A stretch of 64,000 nt of DNA. Origin: an uncultured Planctomycetota bacterium. GTDB lineage: Bacteria > Planctomycetota > Planctomycetia > Pirellulales > Lacipirellulaceae. The notes below the pieces were generated by a model. The model did not search any database, was not told the origin of the DNA, and was given only the letters and a program-made list of their open reading frames with translations. The position numbers and the translations under genes are program-made. Each line of letters opens with the position of its first letter. Positions within the stretch are counted from its first letter, which is position 1. The DNA lies in assembly GCA_963719315.1 (NCBI GenBank), contig CAVRBU010000001.1, forward strand, positions 576,001 to 640,000, given 5' to 3'. Below are positions 18,153 through 27,922 of this stretch, piece after piece.

Positions 18153-18836
18153 ATGAAGGCAATAAGACGAAGATTTGGCGGGTTTCGGAAAGTAGGCGCC
18201 GCGAGCCGAGCGGCCGCTTCCCGGCCTCGGCTTGGCCGACCTTCGGGCTTTACGCTGGTTGAGCTGTTGGTTGTGATCGCAATTATCGGCGTGCTGATCG
18301 CTCTGCTTTTGCCGGCGGTCCAGTACGCGCGTGAAGCGGCGCGGAGCACGCAATGCAAATCGAATTTGCGACAAATCGGCCTGGCTCTCGACCAATACGT
18401 GGATCGGCAGGGTAGCCGGGGCAAATATCCGGAGGTCGCGCAAGTACCGACGGTCACCAAGAAATTGCCACCACCCGATAACAATGTGCCACCGCTGTAC
18501 AAAGTGCTCGGGGGACACATAGAAGATAATCAAGAGGCGTTTCATTGTCCGAGCGATCACCTCGATCAGCAGGATGCGACGCCGGACGCCAACGGCGTCA
18601 TCTACGAGACCTATTTCGCTCAAGAAGGGCTCAGTTACGAGTACCCGAATTTGAAGCTCGCCAACAAGACTCGCGAGCAGGTTCGATTGGGTCGGACGGA
18701 AAACGAACGCAACTCGGGGCGTGTGTACATCGTCTACGATTACCAGCCGTTTCACGGGTCGAAGGGCGACGACGGCTCGCGGAATTTCCTGTATCTGGAT
18801 GGCCACGTCGATGCGCTGATTGTGGCCGATGACTGA
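18153..18836 (+). CDS. DUF1559 prepilin-type N-terminal cleavage/methylation protein
   Basis: [34 protein letters not shown]-terminal H...NFLYLDGHV. Confidence 0.92.
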   Translation: MKAIRRRFGGFRKVGAASRAAASRPRLGRPSGFTLVELLVVIAIIGVLIALLLPAVQYAREAARSTQCKSNLRQIGLALDQYVDRQGSRGKYPEVAQVPTVTKKLPPPDNNVPPLYKVLGGHIEDNQEAFHCPSDHLDQQDATPDANGVIYETYFAQEGLSYEYPNLKLANKTREQVRLGRTENERNSGRVYIVYDYQPFHGSKGDDGSRNFLYLDGHVDALIVADD

Positions 18837-18869
18837 TTTCGGGCGAAACTCGCTATTAGGAGACAGTTC

Positions 18870-19471
18870 ATGGACAAACGAAAAACGATCGTTGGCGGTT
18901 GCGTGATGCTACTGCTGTGCATCGCGGCTGCCTGGGGTTTTGGGTTGTTCGGCGGTACCGATCCGGCCGTTGCGAAGTTGCAAGAACTTGGCAACCAGAT
19001 GGCGGATAAGAATCTGCCACCTGCTCAGCAGGATCAGCTTCGCGACCAGTTCCGGGAACAGGTGCGATCGCTCACCGACGACCAGCGGCGGACATTTTTC
19101 GACGCCAATCGAGACCAATGGCAGTCGCGGTCGCAGGCTCGGATGGATGAGTTCTTCGCGTTGTCGAAGGCCGACCAGCAGAAGCGGCTCGACGAAATGA
19201 TCAATAGGATGTCGAAACCGCGCGACAACCAGCGGCCAGGCGCGGCGGCGCGAGTAATGGCAGCGGCAATGCCAACGGCGCCCGCGGCGGTGGCCAGGGG
19301 AGTATGACGGAGGCTCAGCGCGAAGAGCGCTCCAAACGGCGGTTGGACGGGACGTCGCCAAAAATGCGGGCGCAGTACGCAGAGTTTCGCAAGATGCTAG
19401 ATAAACGGGCGCAGGAGCGCGGCGTGAAGCTGCCGTCTGGCCGCAGACCTGGCGGGCGGATGGGGGCATAA
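18870..19471 (+). CDS. Exported helical protein, apparently frameshifted near 19240
   Basis: Signal/TM, then helical Q/R/D-rich region; the alternative frame continues GGASNG...MTEAQREERSKRRLD...AQERGVKLP to TAA 19471. Confidence 0.7.
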
Positions 19472-19535
19472 GAGTCGTTGGTTGATCGTCGTTTTAACTA
19501 ACAACCAGCCCCAAAGTCCGGGTGCACAGAAGACG

Positions 19536-20345
19536 CTAGCGATTTCGCCGTCGTGCTTTTGATCGGGCGATGCGGCGAAACCAGCCCGGGGCGAACCGGC
19601 TGATGTAGAGGCCCAGCTTTTCGTAACGGGCAATGAAAACCTCCGGCCGGCGGCGCTCGATCGCTCGGACAATTTGCCGGGCACACTTTTCCGGCGCGAG
19701 GCCGCCCGCAATGTTTTTGTCTAATTTGTTGTGCGGCTTGCCGTCGCCTTCGAGCGCGTTGAATGAGGCATTCGTGCGGATATAACCGGGGCAAACGATC
19801 GTGACCGCGACGCCCTGCCCCGCGACCTCGGCCCGCAGCGCGTCGAAAAAGCCATGCAGCGCGTGTTTCGATGCGGAGTAGGCGCCGCGGGCGGGTAGGC
19901 TGAATTTACCCATCAGGCTGCTGAGCACCACGATCTGGCCGTCGCCGCGGGCGACCATCGAGGGGAGCACCAACTTCGTAAGGGCCACCGGGCCGAAATA
20001 GTTGAGATCCATGAGCCGCCGATCAACCTTCAATTCTGTCTCCAGCGCGGTGCCACGCTGGCTGATGCCCGCGCAATGGATCAAGATATCGACCTTGCCG
20101 AACCGGTCGCGAATGGTCTCGAAGGCGGCCGCGAACGAATCGGGCGCAAGCATATCGAGCGGGAGGACAAGGTGTCGCTCGGAATTGGTGCAGGTCGATT
20201 TGACGTTTGCCAGTACGTCTTGGCGACGGGCGCTCAGTACCAACGACGCCCCGCGCGACGCTAACTCGCGGCACAGCGCTTCGCCGATGCCGGATGATGC
20301 GCCGGTAATCCAAATCACTTTGTCGGCGAAGTTCGAGGTATTCAC
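19536..20345 (-). CDS. Short-chain dehydrogenase/reductase
   Basis: WITGASSGIG, DILIHCAG, YSASK, VCPGYIRT; start uncertain (GTG 20345). Confidence 0.93.
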   Translation of the reverse strand: MNTSNFADKVIWITGASSGIGEALCRELASRGASLVLSARRQDVLANVKSTCTNSERHLVLPLDMLAPDSFAAAFETIRDRFGKVDILIHCAGISQRGTALETELKVDRRLMDLNYFGPVALTKLVLPSMVARGDGQIVVLSSLMGKFSLPARGAYSASKHALHGFFDALRAEVAGQGVAVTIVCPGYIRTNASFNALEGDGKPHNKLDKNIAGGLAPEKCARQIVRAIERRRPEVFIARYEKLGLYISRFAPGWFRRIARSKARRRNR

Positions 20346-20493
20346 GGATGAGTACGAAGTGATGGAGCTAAGGGCGTGTACCAGTTTCGGATACGGCATG
20401 CGGAGCATGCCTGCTACAATCATTCCGAGGTACAAGCTATTCGGCGACGGCGTCGATTAAGCAGTTGCCGCTCGACGGAATGAACGGCGATCT

Positions 20494-21216
20494 CTAGCCG
20501 ATTAGCCGTTTCATATCGCGGACGGCTTGCTCCAGGCCGACCATGATGGCTCGAGCGATGATGCTGTGGCCAATGTTGAGCTCGTGCATGCCGTTGATGG
20601 CGGCAATCGGCTTTACGTTGCGGTAAGTGAGGCCGTGTCCGGAGTTTAACGTGATACCGGCGGCGCGGATCCTGTGGCCGGCTTTTACCAGCGTGTCAAT
20701 AGCCGCCTGCGTTTGCCCGGCGTTGTGGCGGAGCGTTGCCTGGGCGTAGGCGCCGGTGTGAAGCTCGATGGCGTCGACGCCGAGCGCTGCGCCGGCGTCC
20801 AACTGTTTGGGGTCGGGGTCAAGAAACAGGCTAACCACGATGCCAGCGTCCTTAAGTCGGCGGACCGCGTCGCGGACCTTGGCTTGCGAACCGGCGACAT
20901 CGAGGCCGCCTTCGGTCGTCACTTCTTCTCGCCGCTCGGGGACCAGGGTCGCTTCGTGCGGCATGGTTTCACAGGCAATTTTCACGACGTTGACGGCACA
21001 AGCCAGCTCCAGATTGATCGGGACGGCAACGGATTCTTTCAGTATCCGCAGGTCGCGCTCCTGAATGTGGCGGCGGTCCTCACGCAGGTGAATGGTGATC
21101 GCGTCGGCGCCACCCAGTTCGGCCAGCGTCGCCGCCCATACTGGATCGGGTTCGGTGGTTTTGCGGGCCTCGCGAACGGTAGCCACGTGATCGATGTTTA
21201 CGCCGAGGATTGCCAA
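20494..21216 (-). CDS. pdxJ: Pyridoxine 5'-phosphate synthase
   Basis: [38 protein letters not shown]. Confidence 0.98.
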   Translation of the reverse strand: MAILGVNIDHVATVREARKTTEPDPVWAATLAELGGADAITIHLREDRRHIQERDLRILKESVAVPINLELACAVNVVKIACETMPHEATLVPERREEVTTEGGLDVAGSQAKVRDAVRRLKDAGIVVSLFLDPDPKQLDAGAALGVDAIELHTGAYAQATLRHNAGQTQAAIDTLVKAGHRIRAAGITLNSGHGLTYRNVKPIAAINGMHELNIGHSIIARAIMVGLEQAVRDMKRLIG

Positions 21217-21231
21217 GTTGGTCCCTGCCTT

Positions 21232-21906
21232 TTAATGGGCCGTGCCGGTCGCGCGGAAATGCTGGCTGCTTTCGAACACCCCATCATTGTCTCGATCGGT
21301 GTCCAGCGTCCATGTCAACTGCCGCTCGTCGAAGGACAAGCGAAACCGCGGTTGGTTCGCGACCGGCTCAGTTAAGAGGGGCCGACCGATGGCGTTGACC
21401 GCCGGCGGAAGCGAATCCCGCGGCGAGCGGCGCGGCGGTGCATTCTGTTCTGAAAACCGTTGCCCGAGCGCGAAACTCGCCACGCTGGCGAGCACGACGA
21501 GGAATATCGGTCGCCAGGAGAGCGGCTCACCGGAGCGTCCGCCAAATGAGAATCGGAACGCATCCAGAATCGGTTGGCGTCCCGGATTGTCGTCATACAA
21601 GTATTGTCGCACAAGCTCTGCCGCGTCTTGGGCGGATGCGGTCGGCACGCGAATCAGGTATTGCGACGACCAGCGATCGCTGGCCGCGCGGAACTCGTCA
21701 AGTTGGTGAACGCGGGCGTCGATTCCCACGCCCACGAGTTCGTCGCTCAAGAATCCAGCCTCGGCCAGATTGGCCACTCGCGCAACGTCGACCCACTCAA
21801 TCGAATCGGGATCGGCGAACGCCTGGCCGCATTCGGGGCATGCTTCGCTGGAGTCGAACGATTGATGTGTGGCGACCAGCGCGTGGCATTGGGGGCATTC
21901 GGCCAT
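21232..21906 (-). CDS. Zn-ribbon / DUF2007-like / TM hypothetical protein
   Basis: CPQC...CPECG, VARVANLAEAGFLSDELVGVGIDA, one TM helix, DTDRDNDG loop; start uncertain. Confidence 0.65.
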   Translation of the reverse strand: MAECPQCHALVATHQSFDSSEACPECGQAFADPDSIEWVDVARVANLAEAGFLSDELVGVGIDARVHQLDEFRAASDRWSSQYLIRVPTASAQDAAELVRQYLYDDNPGRQPILDAFRFSFGGRSGEPLSWRPIFLVVLASVASFALGQRFSEQNAPPRRSPRDSLPPAVNAIGRPLLTEPVANQPRFRLSFDERQLTWTLDTDRDNDGVFESSQHFRATGTAH

Positions 21907-22322
21907 GGTTTGTTCGCACGTGGATTGGCTTGCTGTCATCTCGAATTTGAGGCTCATCCAGGAGGGCCGGGTGTTATCGATTATGTCGCGTATGCAGCGC
22001 CAAAGCCAGTGTTCTGCCGGCGGCAGCGAATGGCCCAAAACAGCGGCCCCCGGGCGAATTTCCAATTCTGCAACGGACTGTCGTTTGGCCGGTTGTTCGA
22101 GCTACGGCCGCCAACCCCCAGAGCCGCCCGGAGCATGAGCTACACTTCGTTAGACATTTCGGAAGGGGGCGGGAGCAAGTCGTCGCAGAAGTGTGAATGA
22201 CTCATCTCTTCGTACCGATGGATCGCGAGCCAACGCAGATTGGCTCCGCGGCGCAGAATTGAGTTTCGCTCAAGTCGCCGCTAATACGAACATAACTTCG
22301 ACAACCCTTTGATTTAACTCCA

Positions 22323-22682
22323 GTGAAGCAACAACTTACCAAATCGATGTCGTGCGGCGAGCTGGCCCAGCAAATCGAGCGGCTGCAACCGAGCGCGCCG
22401 CCGCAGGACGTGGCGCGGCTGTGCTTGTTACTTACGAATTCCGTTGATGATCTGGAAACGCTCCGCGAAATGCACGCGCTGCACGACGCGTGGAAGCGAG
22501 CTGGGCTCAAGCTGCAGGTGGCCACGGACCAACATGCGGCGATGACGGAAGAGCTCGAACAGTTAGGTGCGTCCGATCCGAAATCCTTCACGCAGGATCA
22601 AATCTGGATTCTCATCCGCGCGATCAAAGTGCAGAGCCAGGTGCTGCAGATGTACGTCGGGCACGCGCTCTTGGATGTGTAA
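22323..22682 (+). CDS. Hypothetical helical protein
   Basis: 119-aa ORF filling the gap between divergent/convergent genes, protein-like composition. Confidence 0.65.
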   Translation: MKQQLTKSMSCGELAQQIERLQPSAPPQDVARLCLLLTNSVDDLETLREMHALHDAWKRAGLKLQVATDQHAAMTEELEQLGASDPKSFTQDQIWILIRAIKVQSQVLQMYVGHALLDV

Positions 22683-22710
22683 TCAACCGGCTGTTACGCC
22701 CACGAAACAC

Positions 22711-24310
22711 TTACAGCAGCCAGATGTGGGCGATCGTGAAGTAGATCACGATGCCGGTGACGTTCGACGAACGTCGCCACGAATGGACTCGACGCGTAAC
22801 CGGGGTCGAAGCCCAGTTGGCGAAAGATGAGTGGCAGCATCGAGCCGACCAGTGTACCCCACAAGCAGATCGCGGCGACCGACTGGGCAATCACCATTGC
22901 CAGTGGAAAGCGGATGTAAGTAGGGAAGCGAATCTCGGTGTTGCGCGGCAAGCGATAGACGACGGAGTCGTTCGATTCCTGAAGCCGCTCGATTTGGCCG
23001 CCACTCGGAAGCTTTACGAGGGCCGGCCGCTCGAGTTTCGGGCGAGTTAACAGAGCGCCCTCTGGCAGCGTCAAACGACCTTCGATAGGCATAAGTTCGA
23101 CATCCCGCGGCAAAACGACATCGATCGAATCTGTGTGATATTCGGTGCTGTCCAATAGGCTTTGCGGCGTCGTCAGGCCGCGCACGAAACCGATGCAGCC
23201 GAGCGTCAGGCCGAGCACCAAACCCATGGCCAATTCGTGTTTCAAGACCCGCCACCACTGCGCGGGCCCGACGTGGCCCAAGGCCATGGCGCGAGTGATG
23301 AGCGTGGCCGCTTGCGAGCCGGAATTGCCGCCCGTCGAGATACATAGCGGCACGAAAAGGCTGAGCACCAAAATGGCCGCGATCGAGTTCTCGAAATACG
23401 CAAGTGCCGTGAAGGTGAACAGCTCGGCCACGAACAAGCAGGACAGCCACATCGAGCGTTTTCGCCAGATAGTGGTAAAGGGAACTTCAAGATAGTTTTC
23501 GACCATCGGACCGACAGCCGCCATGCGCAAGGCGTCTTCGGTGGCTTCTTCTCGGACGACATCGATCACGTCGTCGTGCGTGATGATGCCGACCAGATGT
23601 TGCTCGCCATCAACGACCGGGATGGCGAGAAAGTCGTAGTCGGCCACTTTCTTGGCCACGGCTTCCTGGTCATCGCTGGCCCGGACTGTGACCAGGTTCC
23701 TTTCCATCAACTCGCTGACCGGCATGTTCGGCTTGCCAAGGTGCGTAACGAGCTGGCGCGCCGACACCGCGCCGCGGAGATGGTTTTCGCCGTCAACGAT
23801 ATAGATGTAGTAAATCGTTTCCAGGTTCTCGGCGATGCGACTGAGCTCCTCAAGGGCCTGCCGCACCGTGAGGGATTCCGGCAGCCGGGCCACTTCGGTG
23901 GTCATCACGGCGCCGGCAGTTCCTTCCGGGTAAGCCTGCAGGCGGAAAATGTCGCGACGTTGTTCGAGCGGTACCAGAGCCGTCACGCTCTGGGAAATCT
24001 CCTCGTCGACGGCGTTGAGTAAATCGACGCGATCGTCGGGCGGCATGTCGGCGATCACCGGCGCGACGCTCGCCGGATCGCATGTCTCAATGATCTCGAT
24101 TTGCTTTTGCCGATCGAGATAGGCGAAGATCGCGACCCGCGTATCCTGGTCGGCGGCTTGCAGCACGGTCCATGCTTCGGCCGCCGTGAGACCTTCCATG
24201 AATTCGGCCGTCCGCGCGGGGTGGAGGGCTGTGCAGAACTCGCGCAGTGAGTCCGCGTCGCAGACTTCCAGCATTTCGCGTAGTTCAGGAAGATAAAGCG
24301 TGTTGATCAT
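22711..24310 (-). CDS. mgtE: Magnesium transporter MgtE (apparent +1 indel near 22763)
   Basis: MgtE N domain, tandem CBS domains, GGNSGSQ, DPGYASSPFVATFV; removing one base restores DVTGIVIYFTIAHIWLL* ending at 22711. Confidence 0.93.
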
Positions 24311-24664
24311 GAAATTGGGCGATCGAAATAGTCGGATCTCAATTTGCAGGACTACTGGTTGACGCAAATGCAGAGCTGATCGCTTACTATTTCAACTTCC
24401 AGTCCGGCTTAAGTCTAATCTCAGCGTGGCCCATTCGTCAGTGCGAGTCTGGCGGAACTCGCGCAGTGAGCTTTTCCGACCAGGCCTTGCGCATTGACAT
24501 TCGTTCAGCGGACGATTAGCTTAACGGCCAACAAAGTTGCGCCGCCCATTTCGGAGCCGGCGCTCCCAGCAAGCGGCGGAGGCCGGCCTGCCCTGCTCTG
24601 GGCCGAAGTGCCGCGGACGATTCCGCCCGACGATCCGGCCACGAGTGATATAGAGAATTGGGTC

Positions 24665-25435
24665 ATGGTCCATTCGCCGCAGCCGGTCGCCGATTCGAAT
24701 GATTCATATCGGCTGGAGCGCTGCCAACAGAGGCTGGGATATCGATTTCGCGACGTCCAATTTCTGGAGGCGGCCCTGACGCACGCCTCCGGCGCCGATC
24801 ACCGGCTCTCGTCGAACGAACGGCTGGAGTTCCTGGGCGACGCGATCCTCGGCCTGGTGGTGTGCGAGCAACTGTTCACACAGTTCCCCGAACAGCTCGA
24901 AGGCGATTTGACCAAGCTGAAGTCGATCGTCGTGAGCCGGCTGACGTGCGCCAAGATCAGCCAGGCGCTGGGTCTGCGTGAGTTTTTGGTGCTGGGCAAG
25001 GGGATGACGACACATCCGGCCGTGCCGCCTTCCGTGCTATCCGACGTACTGGAATCGCTGATTGCCGCCATTTACCTGGACGGCGGCATGGAGCCGGCGC
25101 GGGAATTCATACTTGCTTATTTCGGACCGGAAATAGAATCCGCGGCATCGGGCGACTCGGGCGGTAACTACAAGTCGTTGTTGCAGCAGTTTGCGCAGCG
25201 CGAACACGGCGTGACGCCCACCTATCATTTGATGGATGAAAAGGGACCGGATCACAGCAAGTGCTTCAAGATGTCGGCCCAAATTGGCCGCGACCGGTAC
25301 GCGCCCGCGTGGGGCCGCAGTAAGAAAGAATCTGAGCAGCGCGCCGCCCACAACGCGATCTGCCAACTCCGTGGCGACGAGATTCCCTTTCCCAGCGAAG
25401 AGGGCCCTGAAGAAGTCGAGACTTCTGAATCTTGA
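24665..25435 (+). CDS. rnc: Ribonuclease III
   Basis: ALTHAS, NERLEFLGDAILG, SDVLESLIAAIYLDGG, dsRBD (NYKSLLQ...GPDH...GRSKKESEQRAA). Confidence 0.97.
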   Translation: MVHSPQPVADSNDSYRLERCQQRLGYRFRDVQFLEAALTHASGADHRLSSNERLEFLGDAILGLVVCEQLFTQFPEQLEGDLTKLKSIVVSRLTCAKISQALGLREFLVLGKGMTTHPAVPPSVLSDVLESLIAAIYLDGGMEPAREFILAYFGPEIESAASGDSGGNYKSLLQQFAQREHGVTPTYHLMDEKGPDHSKCFKMSAQIGRDRYAPAWGRSKKESEQRAAHNAICQLRGDEIPFPSEEGPEEVETSES

Positions 25436-25452
25436 CTCTTAGCTCTCAACTA

Positions 25453-26630
25453 TACCCTGCGTGGGGATAAATGATCTGTTCCCGAGTAGCTGATTTGTTG
25501 TACAAGGCCCTTATGTCGCCATCGAGGAGGATGGCGTGTTGCTGGCAAGGAGGGCTGTCATGGCTTGGTTTCGAGTCCGATTGACGGAAGAGGAACAGCG
25601 AATTGTCGCGGCCGAGCGGGAGTCTCATCCGGAGTCGCATGTCCGCCGCAAGATGCTGGTGTTGTGGTCGCTGCAGTGTGGTTTGAAGCGATCCCAGGCG
25701 GCGAAATTGGCGGGGGTCGGAGTGGCGACCGTCGGGCGGTACGTTGCGGCCTATCGTGATGGCGGGTTGGAGGGTCTGCGGCGGTGGAATGTGCAAGGGC
25801 CCGTGAGCGACTTGGCCGCCTATCGCGACGTGATCCGCGCGTTGTTCGAGAACCAGCCGGTCCGCACGACCGCGGAAGCCTGCGAACGCATTTACCAACT
25901 GACCGGCCTGCGGCGGGGACTGTCGCAAACTCGCAAGTTCCTGAAAGACATGGGACTCAAGTGGCAGCGGGTCCGGGCGCTCCCCGTGCCGCCCAAAAAA
26001 ACTTGGCCCAGCATGTCGCCGAGCAGGCCCTGTTTCACGACGTCGAACTGAAGCCCCGCCTCGACGCCGCCGCCCGAGGGCGGGGACACGTCTTCTTCGT
26101 CGATGCGGCCCACTTTGTGTACGGGACGTTCCTGTGCTGCTTGTGGTCGTTCACGCGAATCTTCGTGCGGGCCGCCTCGGGCCGCCAGCGGTTCAATGTC
26201 CTGGGAGCCTGGAACGCCGTGACCCGCGAACTGGTAAGCGTGACCAACACCACGGTCGTCAACACGGAAACGATGTGCGAGCTGTTGCGGAAGATCGCTG
26301 CCCTCGGTCTGGCCGGACCGATCACGTTGGTGCTGGACAACGCTCGCTACCAACGTAACGCCGCGGTGCAAGCGTTGGCGACGCAACTGGAAATCACGCT
26401 GCTGTTCCTGCCCTCCTACTCGCCGAACCTGAACCTCATCGAACGGCTTTGGAAGTTCATCAAGCGGCCGGCCATCTATGGGCGTTACCATCCCGGATTT
26501 CAAGAGTTTCAAGCCGCCATCCAAGAAACAATCGCCGACCTCGCAACCCGCCACGCCGAACCCCTCAAATCCCTCATGACGCTCAACTTTCAGCGATTCG
26601 AAGATGTCTCATTGCTGGCCGCGTAGGGTA
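25453..26630 (+). mobile_element. IS630-family insertion sequence
   Basis: Imperfect TIR TACCCTGCGTGG / CCGCGTAGGGTA, TA duplication at 25451-25452 and 26631-26632. Confidence 0.92.
25560..26626 (+). CDS. IS630 transposase, two ORFs joined by a -1 frameshift at A7 (25995-26001)
   Basis: HTH N-terminus; DDE core FFVDAAHF, LVLDNARYQ, FLPSYSPNLNLIERLW. Confidence 0.92.
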
Positions 26631-27178
26631 TAGCTTGCTTCGTGTAGCCAATCGTCGGGGATCGGGTTCTCGCCGATCCGTCCGACTTCGTCCGCGCGAC
26701 GGCGATGCCCAACGGCGGGCCAGCCCGAAACTTCTTTCAGCTCAGGCATGATTTCGAGCAGTTGGTCGATGAGCAATCGGCCCAACCGGCGTTCTGCTTC
26801 GCTGCGAGCCTGGCGACGGATGGCCATCGCTGTTTTCATGACTTTAAGCAACTGCGCACGCATCATCACGCGCGGAGACAGCGAGTCTTCCGGCTCGTCG
26901 AGAAGCTCTTCGATCGGTACTTCGAGCGCCGCTTGCCAGCGGTAGAGCTCTGACACCAGTAGATCAGCGCATTCGTCTTCCTGGGCGCGCACTTCGCCGA
27001 CGGTTCGGCCGAGACGCTGGGCAACGCAGCGGACTGAGAGCCCCTGGCGGCGGCGCGCGGCGCCAAGATTCTGCAAAGCCTTGGTGTGGCCTTCGTTTCG
27101 CGGCGCGATGCGCTCGGTACTCTCGATTTTAGTGTCGTCCAAAGGGCCGAAATGCCCTTCCTGTTCCTGTCCATCCAT
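26609..27178 (-). CDS. XRE-like helix-turn-helix protein; C-terminus extended into IS630
   Basis: LGAARRRQGLSVRCVAQRLG...LEVPIEELL; the last residues YTLRGQQ derive from the IS end. Confidence 0.8.
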   Translation of the reverse strand: MDGQEQEGHFGPLDDTKIESTERIAPRNEGHTKALQNLGAARRRQGLSVRCVAQRLGRTVGEVRAQEDECADLLVSELYRWQAALEVPIEELLDEPEDSLSPRVMMRAQLLKVMKTAMAIRRQARSEAERRLGRLLIDQLLEIMPELKEVSGWPAVGHRRRADEVGRIGENPIPDDWLHEASYTLRGQQ

Positions 27179-27394
27179 AATGATATCACCGGTGGCGTGC
27201 GCTTTGCAGCGCATGCCAATGGCAAAGAAGAATGCCCAGCCTCTCCGCCGATTTAATAAGAAAAGTGTCGCCAACAATCAAGTTGGCCCTCTGGCCCCTG
27301 CGTTCAATCCTAGGCACAGCCGCGGCAGACGGGAATAGGCAAGAGTTGCAGGTGCAAGATTTTTGGTTCATCAAAACTTCGTGGTCGATATTGG

Positions 27395-27631
27395 TCAACA
27401 AGGACTAGAGACGGCTGCGAGCGGTGCTGCGCAAAACGGCAGCAATTCACCTGCCTGTCCGATCGTGGGAGTGACTACGGGCCGCCTCCGGAACCGTTGC
27501 ACCGAGTGCGATGTCGTTGTGCTTCGCTCCAACGGCAGCAGTCCCACATTTCCGCAACGAATGCACGAACTGCGCGGTTCAGCGGCTGAAACCGACATCA
27601 CCATGCCACACGAACATTCCAAAACTGGCAT
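27395..27631 (-). CDS. Possible small zinc-finger protein
   Basis: MPVLECSCG...CIRCG (CxC...CxxC). Confidence 0.45.
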   Translation of the reverse strand: MPVLECSCGMVMSVSAAEPRSSCIRCGNVGLLPLERSTTTSHSVQRFRRRPVVTPTIGQAGELLPFCAAPLAAVSSPC

Positions 27632-27922
27632 CGCTCGTCTCTATTCCATCGATTGCAAATCGCGAATGATGTTGCAAGAGCGCGTTCTAAATGCTCCTAC
27701 AATTCATCTAGCGCCGCGACAGAATGCCGGGCAAAGAAATGGCAAATAACGCGGGGGAACCCTTGGTCGCCCCGCTTGTGGCGGGGAAAAACCCTACCAC
27801 ATTCGGCCAAATAATAATCCGCGGCCGAGATCAATTAACGACGCGTCCCACCCTAAAGCCTGGCCAGGTCTGGAATCAGGGCAAGACAGACGTGATGGGT
27901 TGCGGCGGATCGAGTTCTTCGA

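Noticed and set aside
17975..18520. 181-aa N-terminal extension of the dapA ORF
   Set aside because: Overlaps the divergent DUF1559 gene; an RBS and family homology begin at ATG 17974
24311..24664. M-box (ykoK) riboswitch upstream of mgtE
   Set aside because: Conserved M-box sequence features not recognised
27193..27208. Sigma54-like TGGCGTGCGCTTTGCA on the + strand
   Set aside because: Points away from the adjacent minus-strand gene, with no credible + strand gene downstream
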